This document shows, one piece after another, positions 43,993 through 53,683 of a stretch of 64,000 bases of DNA. A program made the translations under genes and the position numbers. The notes under the pieces were generated by a model. That model was given only the letters and a program-made list of their open reading frames with translations. It was not told the origin of the DNA and searched no databases. Numbering within the stretch: the first letter of the stretch is position 1; every line of letters begins with the position of its first letter. Origin of the DNA: Burkholderiales bacterium (GTDB lineage Bacteria > Pseudomonadota > Gammaproteobacteria > Burkholderiales > Burkholderiaceae_C); assembly GCA_947451035.1 (NCBI GenBank), contig CANFXR010000003.1, positions 221 to 64,220 on the forward strand. The letters are read 5' to 3'.

Positions 43993-45825
43993 TCAGCGCG
44001 CCGAAAACAGCCCCGGCAGCCCCGTCGCGAGCACCGGAATCCAGGCGATGAGCATGGTGCCGATGAAGATCGCCAGCATGGCGGGCAGCACCGAGGCGGC
44101 CACGTAGCGGATCGATTTTCCGAACATGGCCGAGGCGAAGTACAGGTTCATGCCTGCCGGCGGGCACAGGAAACCCACTTCCATCGCCGCCAGAAAGATG
44201 ATTCCGAAGTGCACCGGGTCGATGCCGTAGCTCAGCGCCAGCGGCAGCAGCAACGGCACCAGCACCACAAGCGCCGCAAAGATCTCCATCAGCGCGGCCG
44301 CGGCGAACAAAAACACGCACAGCGCGAGCATGAAGGCGTAGCGGTTCGGGATGACGCTGCGCACCCATTCCACCGCCAGATCGGGAATGCCGGCATCAAC
44401 GAGGAAGTTGGTCAGTGCCAGCGCCATCCCGAGGATGAGCATCACGCCGCCGATCAGCCGCACGCATTCGGCCAGGCACTGCGCGAGCAGCCGGCGGTCG
44501 AGTTCGCGGTGCGCCACGGCCTGCGTGATGACGGCATAGGCGGCAGTCAGCGCGGCGCTCTCAGTCGGCGTGGCGAGACCTCCCACCAGCGAGCCGATGG
44601 CCACCAGCGGGGCGAGCATTTCCCACTTGGCAGCCCAGGCCGCCTTCGCCACATTCAGGCGCTGCGGTGCAGCCGGCGCGGCAGTCGCGGGCGTCGGGCC
44701 ACGTCGCAGGTAGCCGCCGATCACCAGCAGGCACACCACCATCAAGACGGCCGGCACCAGACCCGCGAGCAGCATGTCCTTGATGGGCACGCGCGCAATG
44801 ACGGCGTACATGATCAAGGGCACCGAGGGCGCGAGCAGCACGCCCAGCGCGCTTGCGCTGGTGACCAGCCCGATGCCGCGCTGTTCGGGGTAACCGGACT
44901 CGCGCAGCAGCGGCAGCAGCAAGCCGCCCAGCGCCAGGATGGTGACGCCGCTGCCGCCGGTGACGGCGGTGAACGCCGAGCACAAGACGGCCGAGGCCAG
45001 CACCGTGCCGCGCACGCCGCCGCCAAACAGCGCGAGGAACAGCGCGCCCAGCCGCTGCGCCGCGCCGGTGCGCGCGAAGATCAGGCCGGCCAGCGTGAAC
45101 AGCGGCAACGCCGGCAGCGACGGGTTGACGGTGATCTGGTAGTGCGACAGCGCGATGGACGCCATCGGCAAGCCGTCGCTCCAGAACAAGGCCAGTGCCA
45201 GGCCGCCCAGCACCGCGAAGATGGGCGCGCCGCTCAGCAAGACGCACAGCAGCCACAGCAAACCGGGCCACAGCGGCACCGAGCCGCCGTCGATGAGCGC
45301 CGCTGCGGCGCCACCGGCCAGCGGCAAGGCGAGCGCGCACAGCGCCGTCCACGGCCAGGTGTCAGCGCAACGCGCGCCCAGCCTCACGCCCAGCCAAACA
45401 AAGCCCACGGGCATGGCGGCTTGCACCCACCACACCGGTACGCCATAGGCGAGCACCTGCGCCGCCTGCATTTCGCTGGCCACGAAGCGCCAGCTGGCAA
45501 ACGCCAGCAATCCGCAGATGACCGAGGCGCTGCCCTGGGCGAAGGCCCGCACGGCCAACTGAAAGCGTGCGTCGCCCCAGCGGCTGACGCCGCTGCCCAG
45601 CGTGCTCAGGTGGCCGTGCCGTTCAGCCGCCACCGCGCCGAACATCGCCAGCACCAGCCCGAGGTGCTGAACCAGCACCGGCGCGTTCGCGATGCCGCGA
45701 CCGTGCAGCGGCCGCAGGGCCATTTCGATCAGCGGGATCAGCGTCATCAGCGCGAGCGCTGCCGATGCCAGCGGCTCGTCGCCGCGCGCCCACGCCTGCA
45801 GCCTGACCCTCAGCGAGCCGGCCAA
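43993..45825 (-). CDS. TRAP transporter fused small/large permease (DctQ-DctM type)
   Basis: 610 aa and highly hydrophobic. A DctQ-like N-terminal part is followed by DctM-like helices. The ORF begins with TTG at 45825, right after the dctP-like stop, so the start is uncertain. Confidence 0.8.
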   Translation of the reverse strand: MAGSLRVRLQAWARGDEPLASAALALMTLIPLIEMALRPLHGRGIANAPVLVQHLGLVLAMFGAVAAERHGHLSTLGSGVSRWGDARFQLAVRAFAQGSASVICGLLAFASWRFVASEMQAAQVLAYGVPVWWVQAAMPVGFVWLGVRLGARCADTWPWTALCALALPLAGGAAAALIDGGSVPLWPGLLWLLCVLLSGAPIFAVLGGLALALFWSDGLPMASIALSHYQITVNPSLPALPLFTLAGLIFARTGAAQRLGALFLALFGGGVRGTVLASAVLCSAFTAVTGGSGVTILALGGLLLPLLRESGYPEQRGIGLVTSASALGVLLAPSVPLIMYAVIARVPIKDMLLAGLVPAVLMVVCLLVIGGYLRRGPTPATAAPAAPQRLNVAKAAWAAKWEMLAPLVAIGSLVGGLATPTESAALTAAYAVITQAVAHRELDRRLLAQCLAECVRLIGGVMLILGMALALTNFLVDAGIPDLAVEWVRSVIPNRYAFMLALCVFLFAAAALMEIFAALVVLVPLLLPLALSYGIDPVHFGIIFLAAMEVGFLCPPAGMNLYFASAMFGKSIRYVAASVLPAMLAIFIGTMLIAWIPVLATGLPGLFSAR

Positions 45826-45827
45826 AC

Positions 45828-46847
45828 CTATTGGCCCCGCGCCGCGCGATAGGCCTTGAGATGGGCGAACACCTCGTCGAAGGTGTCGGCCGGGACCATG
45901 GTGCCGCGGATGCGTGGATACAGCCGCTCGGCCAGTTCGTTCCAGGCGCGCATCTGCTCGGGCGTCGGCCGGTTCACGACCAGACCGCGTTTTTTCATCG
46001 CGGCCACGGCCTCATCGACTTCTTGCCGGGCCTGATTGCGCATGCGGATGCTGGCTTGCTCGCCGCCGGTGCGCAGCGCTTGCTGGCCGGCCGGCGACAT
46101 CTCGTCCCAGGCCTTCTTGGTGACCACGAGCGCGCCGACGATCGGTGCCCAGTTGAGCTCGAGCATGTTGGGCGCCGTGTTGTAGATCTGGCTGGCCAGC
46201 GCGAAGTAGGGCGTGGACGGCACCACGTTGATCATCCCGGTCTGCAACGACGGCAGGATGTCGGCGGTTTCCAGCGGCACCGGTGTGTAGCCCAGGCTCT
46301 TCATGATCGACTGCTGCTCGGGCTCGGACCCCCAGGCGAAGAACTTCATGCGCTTGTAGTCGTCGGGCAGGAAAGCCGGCTCCTTCGAGAAGAAGCGCAC
46401 CCAGCCGGCATCCCCCCAGCCGATGACCACGAAGCCACGCTCCAGAAAGCGCTTTTCGAGGCCCGGGCGCATCTTTTCGCGCACATGGTCTACCTCGTCC
46501 CAGTTGCGAAACAGCAGCGGCAGGTTTTGCAACGCGGAGATCGACGGCTCGATCTCGCGCAAGCCCACCACCGACATCAGCGCGCCTTGCAACTGACCGA
46601 TGCGCATGCGCCGCGCCAGTTCGGCTTCGCCGCCCTGGCTGCCGTCGGTGAACACAGCGAAGCGCGCGTTGCCGCCCTGGGCCGCGCGCCAGGTTTCTCC
46701 CAGCTCGAGCAGTTGCTGGTGGTACGGCGAGTTCTTGGGCACCAGCGAGCCAAAGCGCAGCTGCGTGGTCTGGGCCATGGCGGCCATGGGCAAGGCGAGC
46801 GAGAGGCAGCCCAGCCACGCGCTGTAGCGCCGGCGTTTGATGTTCAT
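45828..46847 (-). CDS. TRAP transporter periplasmic solute-binding protein (DctP/TatP type)
   Basis: Signal peptide (..LPMAAMA/QT). DctP-family length and pattern. Confidence 0.8.
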   Translation of the reverse strand: MNIKRRRYSAWLGCLSLALPMAAMAQTTQLRFGSLVPKNSPYHQQLLELGETWRAAQGGNARFAVFTDGSQGGEAELARRMRIGQLQGALMSVVGLREIEPSISALQNLPLLFRNWDEVDHVREKMRPGLEKRFLERGFVVIGWGDAGWVRFFSKEPAFLPDDYKRMKFFAWGSEPEQQSIMKSLGYTPVPLETADILPSLQTGMINVVPSTPYFALASQIYNTAPNMLELNWAPIVGALVVTKKAWDEMSPAGQQALRTGGEQASIRMRNQARQEVDEAVAAMKKRGLVVNRPTPEQMRAWNELAERLYPRIRGTMVPADTFDEVFAHLKAYRAARGQ

Positions 46848-46884
46848 GGGTGGAGTGGTCCGGGGCAGGGGAATGTGTGGGGGA

Positions 46885-47775
46885 TCAGAAGCGGTCGTCG
46901 GCCGTGTCGAGCAACCACTGCGCGCGCTCGCGCATCACTTCGTTGCCGAGGTCGCGGTGCGCCGCGCTGATGGCCAGGGCCTGGTGCAAGAGCGCCTCGA
47001 AGGCCGCGCGGTCGCCCGCCGGTGCGGCCAGCATTTCGGCCCGGGCCACGCACACGCCGGCGTTGCGGCCGTGAGCGGCTTGCATCGCCTGATCGAAATA
47101 GAGCGCGGCCTGGCGCGGGCTGCCGCCGGGCCGTGCGGCTTCAAAGCTGCCCATCAACGAGGCCAGGTCGCCATTGCCGTAGGCGGGGTTGCTCATCCAG
47201 GCCAGGCTCGCGAGCCGCACCGCCAGTGGCAGGTCGGCGACCACGTCCGGCTGGTCCTTGGACAGCGAGATGTAAGCCCCCCACGAGGCCGCCGCCCAGT
47301 AGGCCACGCCCACCTGATCCGCGGGCAGGCGCAGGGTCGGGCTGCCGGCTGCCGGGCTGCTGTTGAGCGCCTTCAACAAGGCGGGGTTGTTCAGCTCGAG
47401 GGCCGCCATGGCGTGGCGATGCGCGCGCCAGTAAAGCCGCGCCGCGCGCGCTCGCAGTCGCTGTGCGGCCTTGGCGTCGTGGGCTTCAGTGCGGTCGGCC
47501 TCGAACGCGACGAAGGCGTAGGCGTATTGCGTGAACCCGCCGGCCACCGATTCGGCCAGTGGCAGGTGGTCGGGTGTCTTGCGCAGCACCGACTCGGACA
47601 GCTTCAGATAGAAAGCGCTGGCCTCGCGCGCCAGCACGATGTCGTCTTCTTCGGCCTGGCTCTGACCGGCGAGTTCGTTGGCGACGTTGCGGACCAGCAT
47701 CGTGCGCGGTGAGCAGGCCGTCAGCAGCGCGACCAGCAACGACAGGCTCAGGAGGCGGGCGCAAAAAAATGTCAA
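46885..47775 (-). CDS. TRAP-T-associated TPR-like lipoprotein (TatT family)
   Basis: Lipobox LLTAC after a TTG start at 47775. Helical-repeat protein encoded immediately upstream of the dctP/QM-like genes (TPAT arrangement). Confidence 0.6.
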   Translation of the reverse strand: MTFFCARLLSLSLLVALLTACSPRTMLVRNVANELAGQSQAEEDDIVLAREASAFYLKLSESVLRKTPDHLPLAESVAGGFTQYAYAFVAFEADRTEAHDAKAAQRLRARAARLYWRAHRHAMAALELNNPALLKALNSSPAAGSPTLRLPADQVGVAYWAAASWGAYISLSKDQPDVVADLPLAVRLASLAWMSNPAYGNGDLASLMGSFEAARPGGSPRQAALYFDQAMQAAHGRNAGVCVARAEMLAAPAGDRAAFEALLHQALAISAAHRDLGNEVMRERAQWLLDTADDRF

Positions 47776-47986
47776 AGCTTCACCGTCGCTTTCCGTGGTC
47801 GATCTCTTGGGGGGACGATGCCGGGCCGCGCAGCCTGTGCATGGTGGGGCCAGGGGAGCGCTTGGCGTGGCACGTGTTCCGACGCTGGAGCAGGGCTGCG
47901 GCCACACCGCAGTCCGTTCGGCCCGACGCTACCGTGTGATCGTGAATCTGCGGTGACACGAACGGGCGGCTGCCCGCGCCGGCCGA

Positions 47987-48217
47987 TCAAGAAGTCAGCG
48001 GCACCACGGCGTAGTTGCAAACCGCGTCACAACGGGCGTGATGCTCGATCGTCAGACCGATGCGCTGGCCGGGTCTCAGGGCTGCAAACTCGCCCCCGCT
48101 CGTGCTGCGGGTGATGGTCCAGTCGCGGTGGTCGTCGCCAGACAGATAGGCCATGCCCAAGCCGGGCAACACATCTTCGACGGTGGCTTTGACGGTTGAC
48201 GTGGCGAGATATTGCAT
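47987..48217 (-). CDS. Hypothetical small protein (76 aa)
   Basis: ATG preceded by GAGG at a 7-nt spacing. No recognisable motif. Confidence 0.45.
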   Translation of the reverse strand: MQYLATSTVKATVEDVLPGLGMAYLSGDDHRDWTITRSTSGGEFAALRPGQRIGLTIEHHARCDAVCNYAVVPLTS

Positions 48218-48448
48218 GGCGGAACCTCAGTCGGATCGGACGGCCGCCACGTGTGAAAACATGGTTGCCATTGACCCACATACTAGTACAAACCCTAATC
48301 ATTCGGGTCGCTGGTGCGCGCTCACGGCCATTGGGTTGATCTCAATCCCCGCCACAGTCTGACGAGACCGGCAAGGCCGTGCCTTGATGCAGCGCAAAGG
48401 CCCTCTTGCGAACGAGGCGCCACCCGCCAGGTCCGGGCCGGCGACAGT

Positions 48449-48892
48449 TCAGATGTCGCGGATCAGCTGGCGGAAGGCGTCGACGTCTTCGAAGCTGCGG
48501 TAGACCGACGCAAAGCGCACATAGGCCACCTTGTCGATGCGCTTGAGTTCGCGCATGACCAGCTCGCCCAGGCGGGTCGACGGCACTTCGCGTGCGCCGC
48601 TGCCGAGCAGCTTTTCCTGGATGCGATCGATCGCGGCATCGATCTGCTCGACGCTGACCGGGCGCTTGCGCAGCGCCAGCGTCATCGACGCGCGGATCTT
48701 CGACATGTCGAAATCAGCGCGCGTGCCGTCTTTCTTGATGACCGACGGCAGCGCGATTTCGGCGCGCTCGTAGGTGGTGAAGCGCTTGTCGCAACTCTGG
48801 CAGCGTCGGCGCCGCCGCACCACGTCGCCTTCGTCCGACTCGCGCGTCTCGACGACTTGCGTATCGGTGTGGCTGCAGTAGGGGCAACGCAT
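48449..48892 (-). CDS. nrdR: Transcriptional repressor NrdR
   Basis: [17 protein letters not shown]...[12 protein letters not shown] zinc ribbon plus an ATP-cone. Confidence 0.95.
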   Translation of the reverse strand: MRCPYCSHTDTQVVETRESDEGDVVRRRRRCQSCDKRFTTYERAEIALPSVIKKDGTRADFDMSKIRASMTLALRKRPVSVEQIDAAIDRIQEKLLGSGAREVPSTRLGELVMRELKRIDKVAYVRFASVYRSFEDVDAFRQLIRDI

Positions 48893-48942
48893 GCGACGAG
48901 ACCGGCCGGATCAGTCAGGGTGAGCGATCCGACCGCCGCGCT

Positions 48943-50193
48943 TCAGCGGTAGACCGGAAAGTCGCGCGTCAGCGCGGCGACCTTGGCGCGCACCGCGGCC
49001 AGGTTGGCCTCGTCGTGCGGGTTGTCGAGCACATCGGCGATCAGGTGCGCGGTGAGGCGCGTTTGCTCTTCCATGAATCCGCGCGTGGTGAGCGCCGGCG
49101 TGCCCAGACGGATGCCGCTGGTGACCATCGGCTTTTGCGGATCGTTCGGGATGCCGTTCTTGTTGCACGTCATGTGCGCCAGGCCGAGCGCGGCTTCGGC
49201 TTCCTTGCCGGTGAGATTCTTCGGGCGCAGATCGACCAGCATCACGTGGCTTTCGGTGCGCCCGCTCACGATGCGCAGGCCGCGCGAGATCAGTGTTTCA
49301 GCCAGCACCACGGCGTTCCTCAGCACTTGCTGCTGGTAGGTCTTGAACTCGGGCGCCAGCGCTTCCTTGAAGGCCACGGCCTTGGCGGCGATCACGTGCA
49401 TCAGCGGGCCGCCCTGAATGCCGGGAAACACCGCGCTGTTGATCTTCTTGGCGATGTCTTCCTTGTTCGTGAGGATGATGCCGCCGCGCGGGCCGCGCAG
49501 GCTCTTGTGGGTGGTGGAGGTCACCACGTCGGCGTGCGGCACCGGGTTCGGGTAGACGCCGGCGGCGATCAGCCCCGAGTAGTGCGCCATGTCGACCATG
49601 AAGTACGCGCCGATGTCGCGCGCCACCTTGGCGAAGCGCTCGAAGTCGATGCGCAGCGAGTAGGCCGACGCGCCGGCGATGATCAGCTTGGGCTTGTGTT
49701 CGTGCGCCAGCCGCTCCATCGCTTCGTAGTCGATCTCTTCTTTCGCATCCAGGCCGTAGCTGACGACCTTGAACCACTTGCCGCTCATGTTGAGCGGCAT
49801 GCCGTGGGTCAGGTGGCCGCCTTCGGCCAGGCTCATGCCCATGATGGTGTCGCCCGGCTGCAGCAGCGCAAAGAACACCGCCTGATTGGCCTGCGATCCG
49901 GAATTGGCCTGCACGTTGGCAAAGTCCGCGCCGTACAGCGCCTTGAGGCGGTCGATGGCGAGCTGCTCGGCCACATCGACGAACTCGCAGCCACCGTAAT
50001 AACGCTTTCCGGGATAGCCCTCGGCGTACTTGTTGGTGAGCTGGCTGCCCTGGGCGGCCATGACCGCCGGCGAGGTGTAGTTCTCGGAGGCGATCAGCTC
50101 GATGTGCTCCTCCTGACGGCGGTTCTCGTTCTGGATGACCGTCCAGAGTTCCGGGTCGATGAGGGCGAGTGTGGATTGGGTGCGGTCAAACAT
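48943..50193 (-). CDS. glyA: Serine hydroxymethyltransferase
   Basis: ATG 50193. Motifs [11 protein letters not shown] and [12 protein letters not shown] (PLP lysine). Confidence 0.95.
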   Translation of the reverse strand: MFDRTQSTLALIDPELWTVIQNENRRQEEHIELIASENYTSPAVMAAQGSQLTNKYAEGYPGKRYYGGCEFVDVAEQLAIDRLKALYGADFANVQANSGSQANQAVFFALLQPGDTIMGMSLAEGGHLTHGMPLNMSGKWFKVVSYGLDAKEEIDYEAMERLAHEHKPKLIIAGASAYSLRIDFERFAKVARDIGAYFMVDMAHYSGLIAAGVYPNPVPHADVVTSTTHKSLRGPRGGIILTNKEDIAKKINSAVFPGIQGGPLMHVIAAKAVAFKEALAPEFKTYQQQVLRNAVVLAETLISRGLRIVSGRTESHVMLVDLRPKNLTGKEAEAALGLAHMTCNKNGIPNDPQKPMVTSGIRLGTPALTTRGFMEEQTRLTAHLIADVLDNPHDEANLAAVRAKVAALTRDFPVYR

Positions 50194-50257
50194 GTCGACG
50201 TTTCTCTGCGGCAAAAGACCCGCGGCGTGAAGGCGGCGAAAGCGCCAGGCCAGCGGA

Positions 50258-50380
50258 TTGCCCAGGCGGGCGGCTCGGTACGCAACGCATGTCAAAACGG
50301 ACATGGGTGCGGCCGCGCTGATCGGTGGAAACCACCTCGGATCCAACGGCGTAGGTCGGATCCTCACGCCTGTCGCGCGG
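50258..50380 (-). promoter_or_regulatory. ZTP (pfl-motif) riboswitch candidate in the glyA leader
   Basis: The minus strand reads CGCGCGACAGGCG...GGTGGtttCCACCGATCAGCGCG...(linker)...CCGCCCGCCTGGGCA. This reproduces the GACUGGCG-like joining region, the GGUGG/CCACC helix, closure of the outer helix, and the distal CCGCCUGGGCA pseudoknot element. Confidence 0.65.
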
Positions 50381-50449
50381 CGGGCGAAGTCTAACGTGCC
50401 GACCTGAACACGACCGCCGCCGTCAAGCGGCCTTCTGCGTGGTCCGCGA

Positions 50450-51358
50450 TCAGCGCAGGGAAGCCAGCTTCTCCGACATCGGTGGGGGATCCGCATCCGG
50501 TGCAGGCTCGGGAGACGCCGACGGCCCCCCCGGCGTGAGCGGCGATGACGACGGGGACGAAAGGCCGTTGGGCGCGTTGAACGCCACCAGCTTGCCGGCC
50601 GCGACGGCCAAAAGATGAGACTGCTCGGTCAGCACCTTCAAGGCGTAGCCATCGTCGCCGCTGAGGTTTCCAGCGCCCACGTAAAGCCGCAGGCCGGCTT
50701 CGATACCGCCCGCACGCAAGATGCACTCCTTGAGCACTTGCGCGCCCACCCGCAGGTTGGACACCGGGTCGAAGGCCGCCATCGTTCCGCCGAACTGCTC
50801 ATATTTGTTGTCGTGCACGTGGGTCATGACCTGCATCAGACCTTGGGCACCGACGGCGCTCTGGGCGAACGGGTTGAAACTGGACTCGACCGCCATGATC
50901 GCCAGGATCAAGGTCGGGTCCAGTCCCGCTTTCGCGCCGACCTGCCAGGCTTCGATGACCAGCCGGCTGACGGGTTCCGGTGCCACCCGGTAACGCCTGG
51001 ACAGCCACAGAGCGACGGCCGCCTGCTTGTGCGTCAGGTCCTTGGGGTCGCTGGCCGTCACCCGGGAGATGGCATCCGGCTCGCTCAGGTCGTTGGCCAG
51101 GACATCGGCCGGGTCGGCGCGGGCTTCCTGTCTAGCCTGCAGCCACGACAGGGCGTTGCCTTCCAGTGATTGGCGAAATTCCGGGCGACCGGCCACGAAG
51201 ATCAGCAGCGCCACCGCGACCAACCCCAGCAAGGCGAGCGTGTTGTGACTGACCTCGAGCATGCCGCTGCCCACGTCGCGCAAGAAAACGCCGGCCGACT
51301 GCGTACACGAATTGCAAAGCTGCCGTGTCTTCGAAAGAAACTGCCGAATCATGGGCAT
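50450..51358 (-). CDS. Lytic transglycosylase (SLT domain) with an N-terminal membrane anchor
   Basis: SLT catalytic block [28 protein letters not shown] 51358 has a GGAGG 10 nt upstream; ATG 51262 is the alternative. Confidence 0.8.
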   Translation of the reverse strand: MPMIRQFLSKTRQLCNSCTQSAGVFLRDVGSGMLEVSHNTLALLGLVAVALLIFVAGRPEFRQSLEGNALSWLQARQEARADPADVLANDLSEPDAISRVTASDPKDLTHKQAAVALWLSRRYRVAPEPVSRLVIEAWQVGAKAGLDPTLILAIMAVESSFNPFAQSAVGAQGLMQVMTHVHDNKYEQFGGTMAAFDPVSNLRVGAQVLKECILRAGGIEAGLRLYVGAGNLSGDDGYALKVLTEQSHLLAVAAGKLVAFNAPNGLSSPSSSPLTPGGPSASPEPAPDADPPPMSEKLASLR

Positions 51359-51620
51359 GACGCTGGTACCTCCAGGGCTCCGACCGGGCTGTCGCCTGCG
51401 GAGCTTTGACGAGCATGGCGACGAACATAATGGTTCGCGCTGAAAGAGAGATCTCGCAGGTGGGGGCGTCGAAACGCTCCCCGAAGTCTGCCGAAGTGAA
51501 TTCCCTAGGCTGGAATGGATCGAGGGTTTACACCTAATCGCAACTTCCGAGCGGAATTCTAGGAAGTCGCAACATAACCAGTCAACCTTTAGTTGGTGAC
51601 CTTTAACTACTAATGCGTCT

Positions 51621-53222
51621 ATGAAATATCGCGACCTCCGGGAGTTCTGTGTTGGGCTGGAAGCCAAGGGCGAACTCCGGCGGGTAGTTGAACCGGTCTC
51701 CACCGTGCTGGAGATGACCGCGCTCAGCGACCGTGTGTTGCGCAGCGAGGGGCCGGCGCTTTGGTTCGAGCGGCCCGTGGATTCGCAGGGCCGCCATACG
51801 ATGCCGGCGTTGACGAATCTGTTTGGCACCCCCAAGCGCGTCGCGATGGGCATGGGCGCGAGCGAGGTGGCTGAACTGCGCGATGTGGGGCGTGTGCTCG
51901 CCAGCCTCAAGGAGCCCGAGCCACCCAAGGGGTTGAAGGACACCGGCCGGCTGCTGCACATGATCAAGTCGCTGTGGGACATGAAGCCGGCCACGGTGCG
52001 CCAGGCCGCATGCCAGCAAGTGCTGATCGAAGGGCCTGATGTCGATCTACTGGGCCTGCTTCCTGTACAGACCTGCTGGCCGGGAGATGCCGGCCCGCTG
52101 ATCACCTGGGGCCTGGTTGTCACCCGCGGACCGCAGGGCGGGGCGAACCCGCGTCGTCGGCAGAACCTGGGCATCTACCGGCAACAGGTGATCTCGCGCC
52201 ATCAGGTCATCATGCGATGGCTTGCCCATCGGGGCGGTGCGCTCGACTTCCGGGACTTCGCGCTGGCCAATCCCGGCCAGCCTTTCCCGTTGGTGGTGGC
52301 GCTCGGCGCCGATCCGGCCACCATCCTGGGTGCGGTGACCCCCGTGCCCGACACACTGTCCGAGTACCAGTTTGCCGGCCTCTTGCGCGGCAGTCGCACC
52401 GAGGTGACCGATTCGAGCGTCGGTGATGCTGGCGTGATGCTTCAGGCGCCGGCGAACGCCGAGGTGGTGCTGGAAGGGCACATTCCCCCCGCAGCACGCG
52501 GCTATGTCGGACGCAGCGAGCACGGTATCCCCCTTAAAGAAGTGAACGGTTACTTGCACGCACTCGAAGGCCCGTTCGGAGACCACACCGGCTACTACAA
52601 CGAGCAGGACTGGTTTCCGGTGTTCGAGATCAGCCGGCTGACGCACCGACGCGACCCGGTCTACCACTCGACCTACACGGGCAAACCGCCCGATGAGCCG
52701 GCCATCCTGGGCGTGGCGTTGAACGAAGTGTTCGTGCCCATCCTGCAAAAGCAGTTTCCGGAGATCGTGGACTTCTACCTGCCGCCCGAGGGTTGCAGCT
52801 ACCGCATGGCGATCATCAGCATCAAGAAGGCCTACCCGGGGCATGCCAAGCGGCTGATGTTCGGGCTGTGGAGCTTCCTTCGCCAATTCATGTACACCAA
52901 GTTCATCGTGGTGACCGACGACGACGTGGACATCCGGCGCTGGACGGAGGTGATGTGGGCCATCACCACGCGCATGGACCCGGTGCGCGATGTCACGCTG
53001 GTGGAGAACACGCCGATCGATTACCTCGACTTCGCCTCGCCGGTCAGCGGACTGGGCGGCAAGATGGGACTCGACGCCACCAACAAATGGCCGGGAGAGA
53101 CCTCCCGCGAATGGGGGCAGCCCATCACCATGGACGCTGCCGTGCAAGCCAGGGTTGCCGCCTTGTTTGACGAGATCATGCAAGCCGCCCCGAAGTGCGC
53201 CGAGGCAGCGCAGAAACTCTGA
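51621..53222 (+). CDS. ubiD: 4-hydroxy-3-polyprenylbenzoate decarboxylase UbiD
   Basis: MKYRDLREF...LE..GEL N-terminus. The length and pattern are typical of UbiD, with a short C-terminal extension. Confidence 0.9.
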   Translation: MKYRDLREFCVGLEAKGELRRVVEPVSTVLEMTALSDRVLRSEGPALWFERPVDSQGRHTMPALTNLFGTPKRVAMGMGASEVAELRDVGRVLASLKEPEPPKGLKDTGRLLHMIKSLWDMKPATVRQAACQQVLIEGPDVDLLGLLPVQTCWPGDAGPLITWGLVVTRGPQGGANPRRRQNLGIYRQQVISRHQVIMRWLAHRGGALDFRDFALANPGQPFPLVVALGADPATILGAVTPVPDTLSEYQFAGLLRGSRTEVTDSSVGDAGVMLQAPANAEVVLEGHIPPAARGYVGRSEHGIPLKEVNGYLHALEGPFGDHTGYYNEQDWFPVFEISRLTHRRDPVYHSTYTGKPPDEPAILGVALNEVFVPILQKQFPEIVDFYLPPEGCSYRMAIISIKKAYPGHAKRLMFGLWSFLRQFMYTKFIVVTDDDVDIRRWTEVMWAITTRMDPVRDVTLVENTPIDYLDFASPVSGLGGKMGLDATNKWPGETSREWGQPITMDAAVQARVAALFDEIMQAAPKCAEAAQKL

Positions 53223-53263
53223 AAGAACGCTTGTGGTCCGGGCGGCTCAGGCGTAAGGTCGAC

Positions 53264-53390
53264 TTGCCTGCTCTCAGGCAAACCCAGCGGCGCAGTCCCT
53301 GCGCCCCAGGGACCCCGGACTGTCAACCTCCGGAGTTCCGAACCGGTGGCTCCAGCCACCTGCCCCTCCCGTCATGATGATCGGGAGGGG
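53264..53390 (+). other. Cluster of four short perfect hairpins downstream of ubiD
   Basis: The hairpins are ttgcctg-ctct-caggcaa (53264-53281), ggcgcag-tcc-ctgcgcc (53289-53305), ggtggc-tcca-gccacc (53345-53360) and cccctcccg-tcatgatgat-cgggagggg (53363-53390). None is followed by a T-run. Confidence 0.5.
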
Positions 53391-53683
53391 CTCACCCAAA
53401 CACCAACCCTGTCAGTGATCGCAATTGGCAGCCGGCTACACGATGGTGGCCTGAGTCCAGTTGACCGAAATCAGATGGTTGCTCACGGACCAGCCGATGC
53501 AACGGAGCCATTCCCCAAGCGGTCGGGTTTGGAAAACGAAGCACAATCCTTTCGTCGCTTGCCGCACCGCTGACGGGGTCATGGATGGCACCAAAGTCAA
53601 CAGCGGGCGGGTCATTCCCAACGGGGTCTTCTCGGAGCAAGGTGCTGGCTTGAGAGGTCGCCCACAAATCAGGGTGTTCGTGA

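Noticed and set aside
53646-53661. TGGCTTgagagGTCGC upstream of the acyl-CoA ligase gene, as a possible second sigma-54 promoter.
   Set aside because: The GG-to-GC spacing is one base longer than the canonical -24/-12 spacing, and the -12 region lacks TTGC.
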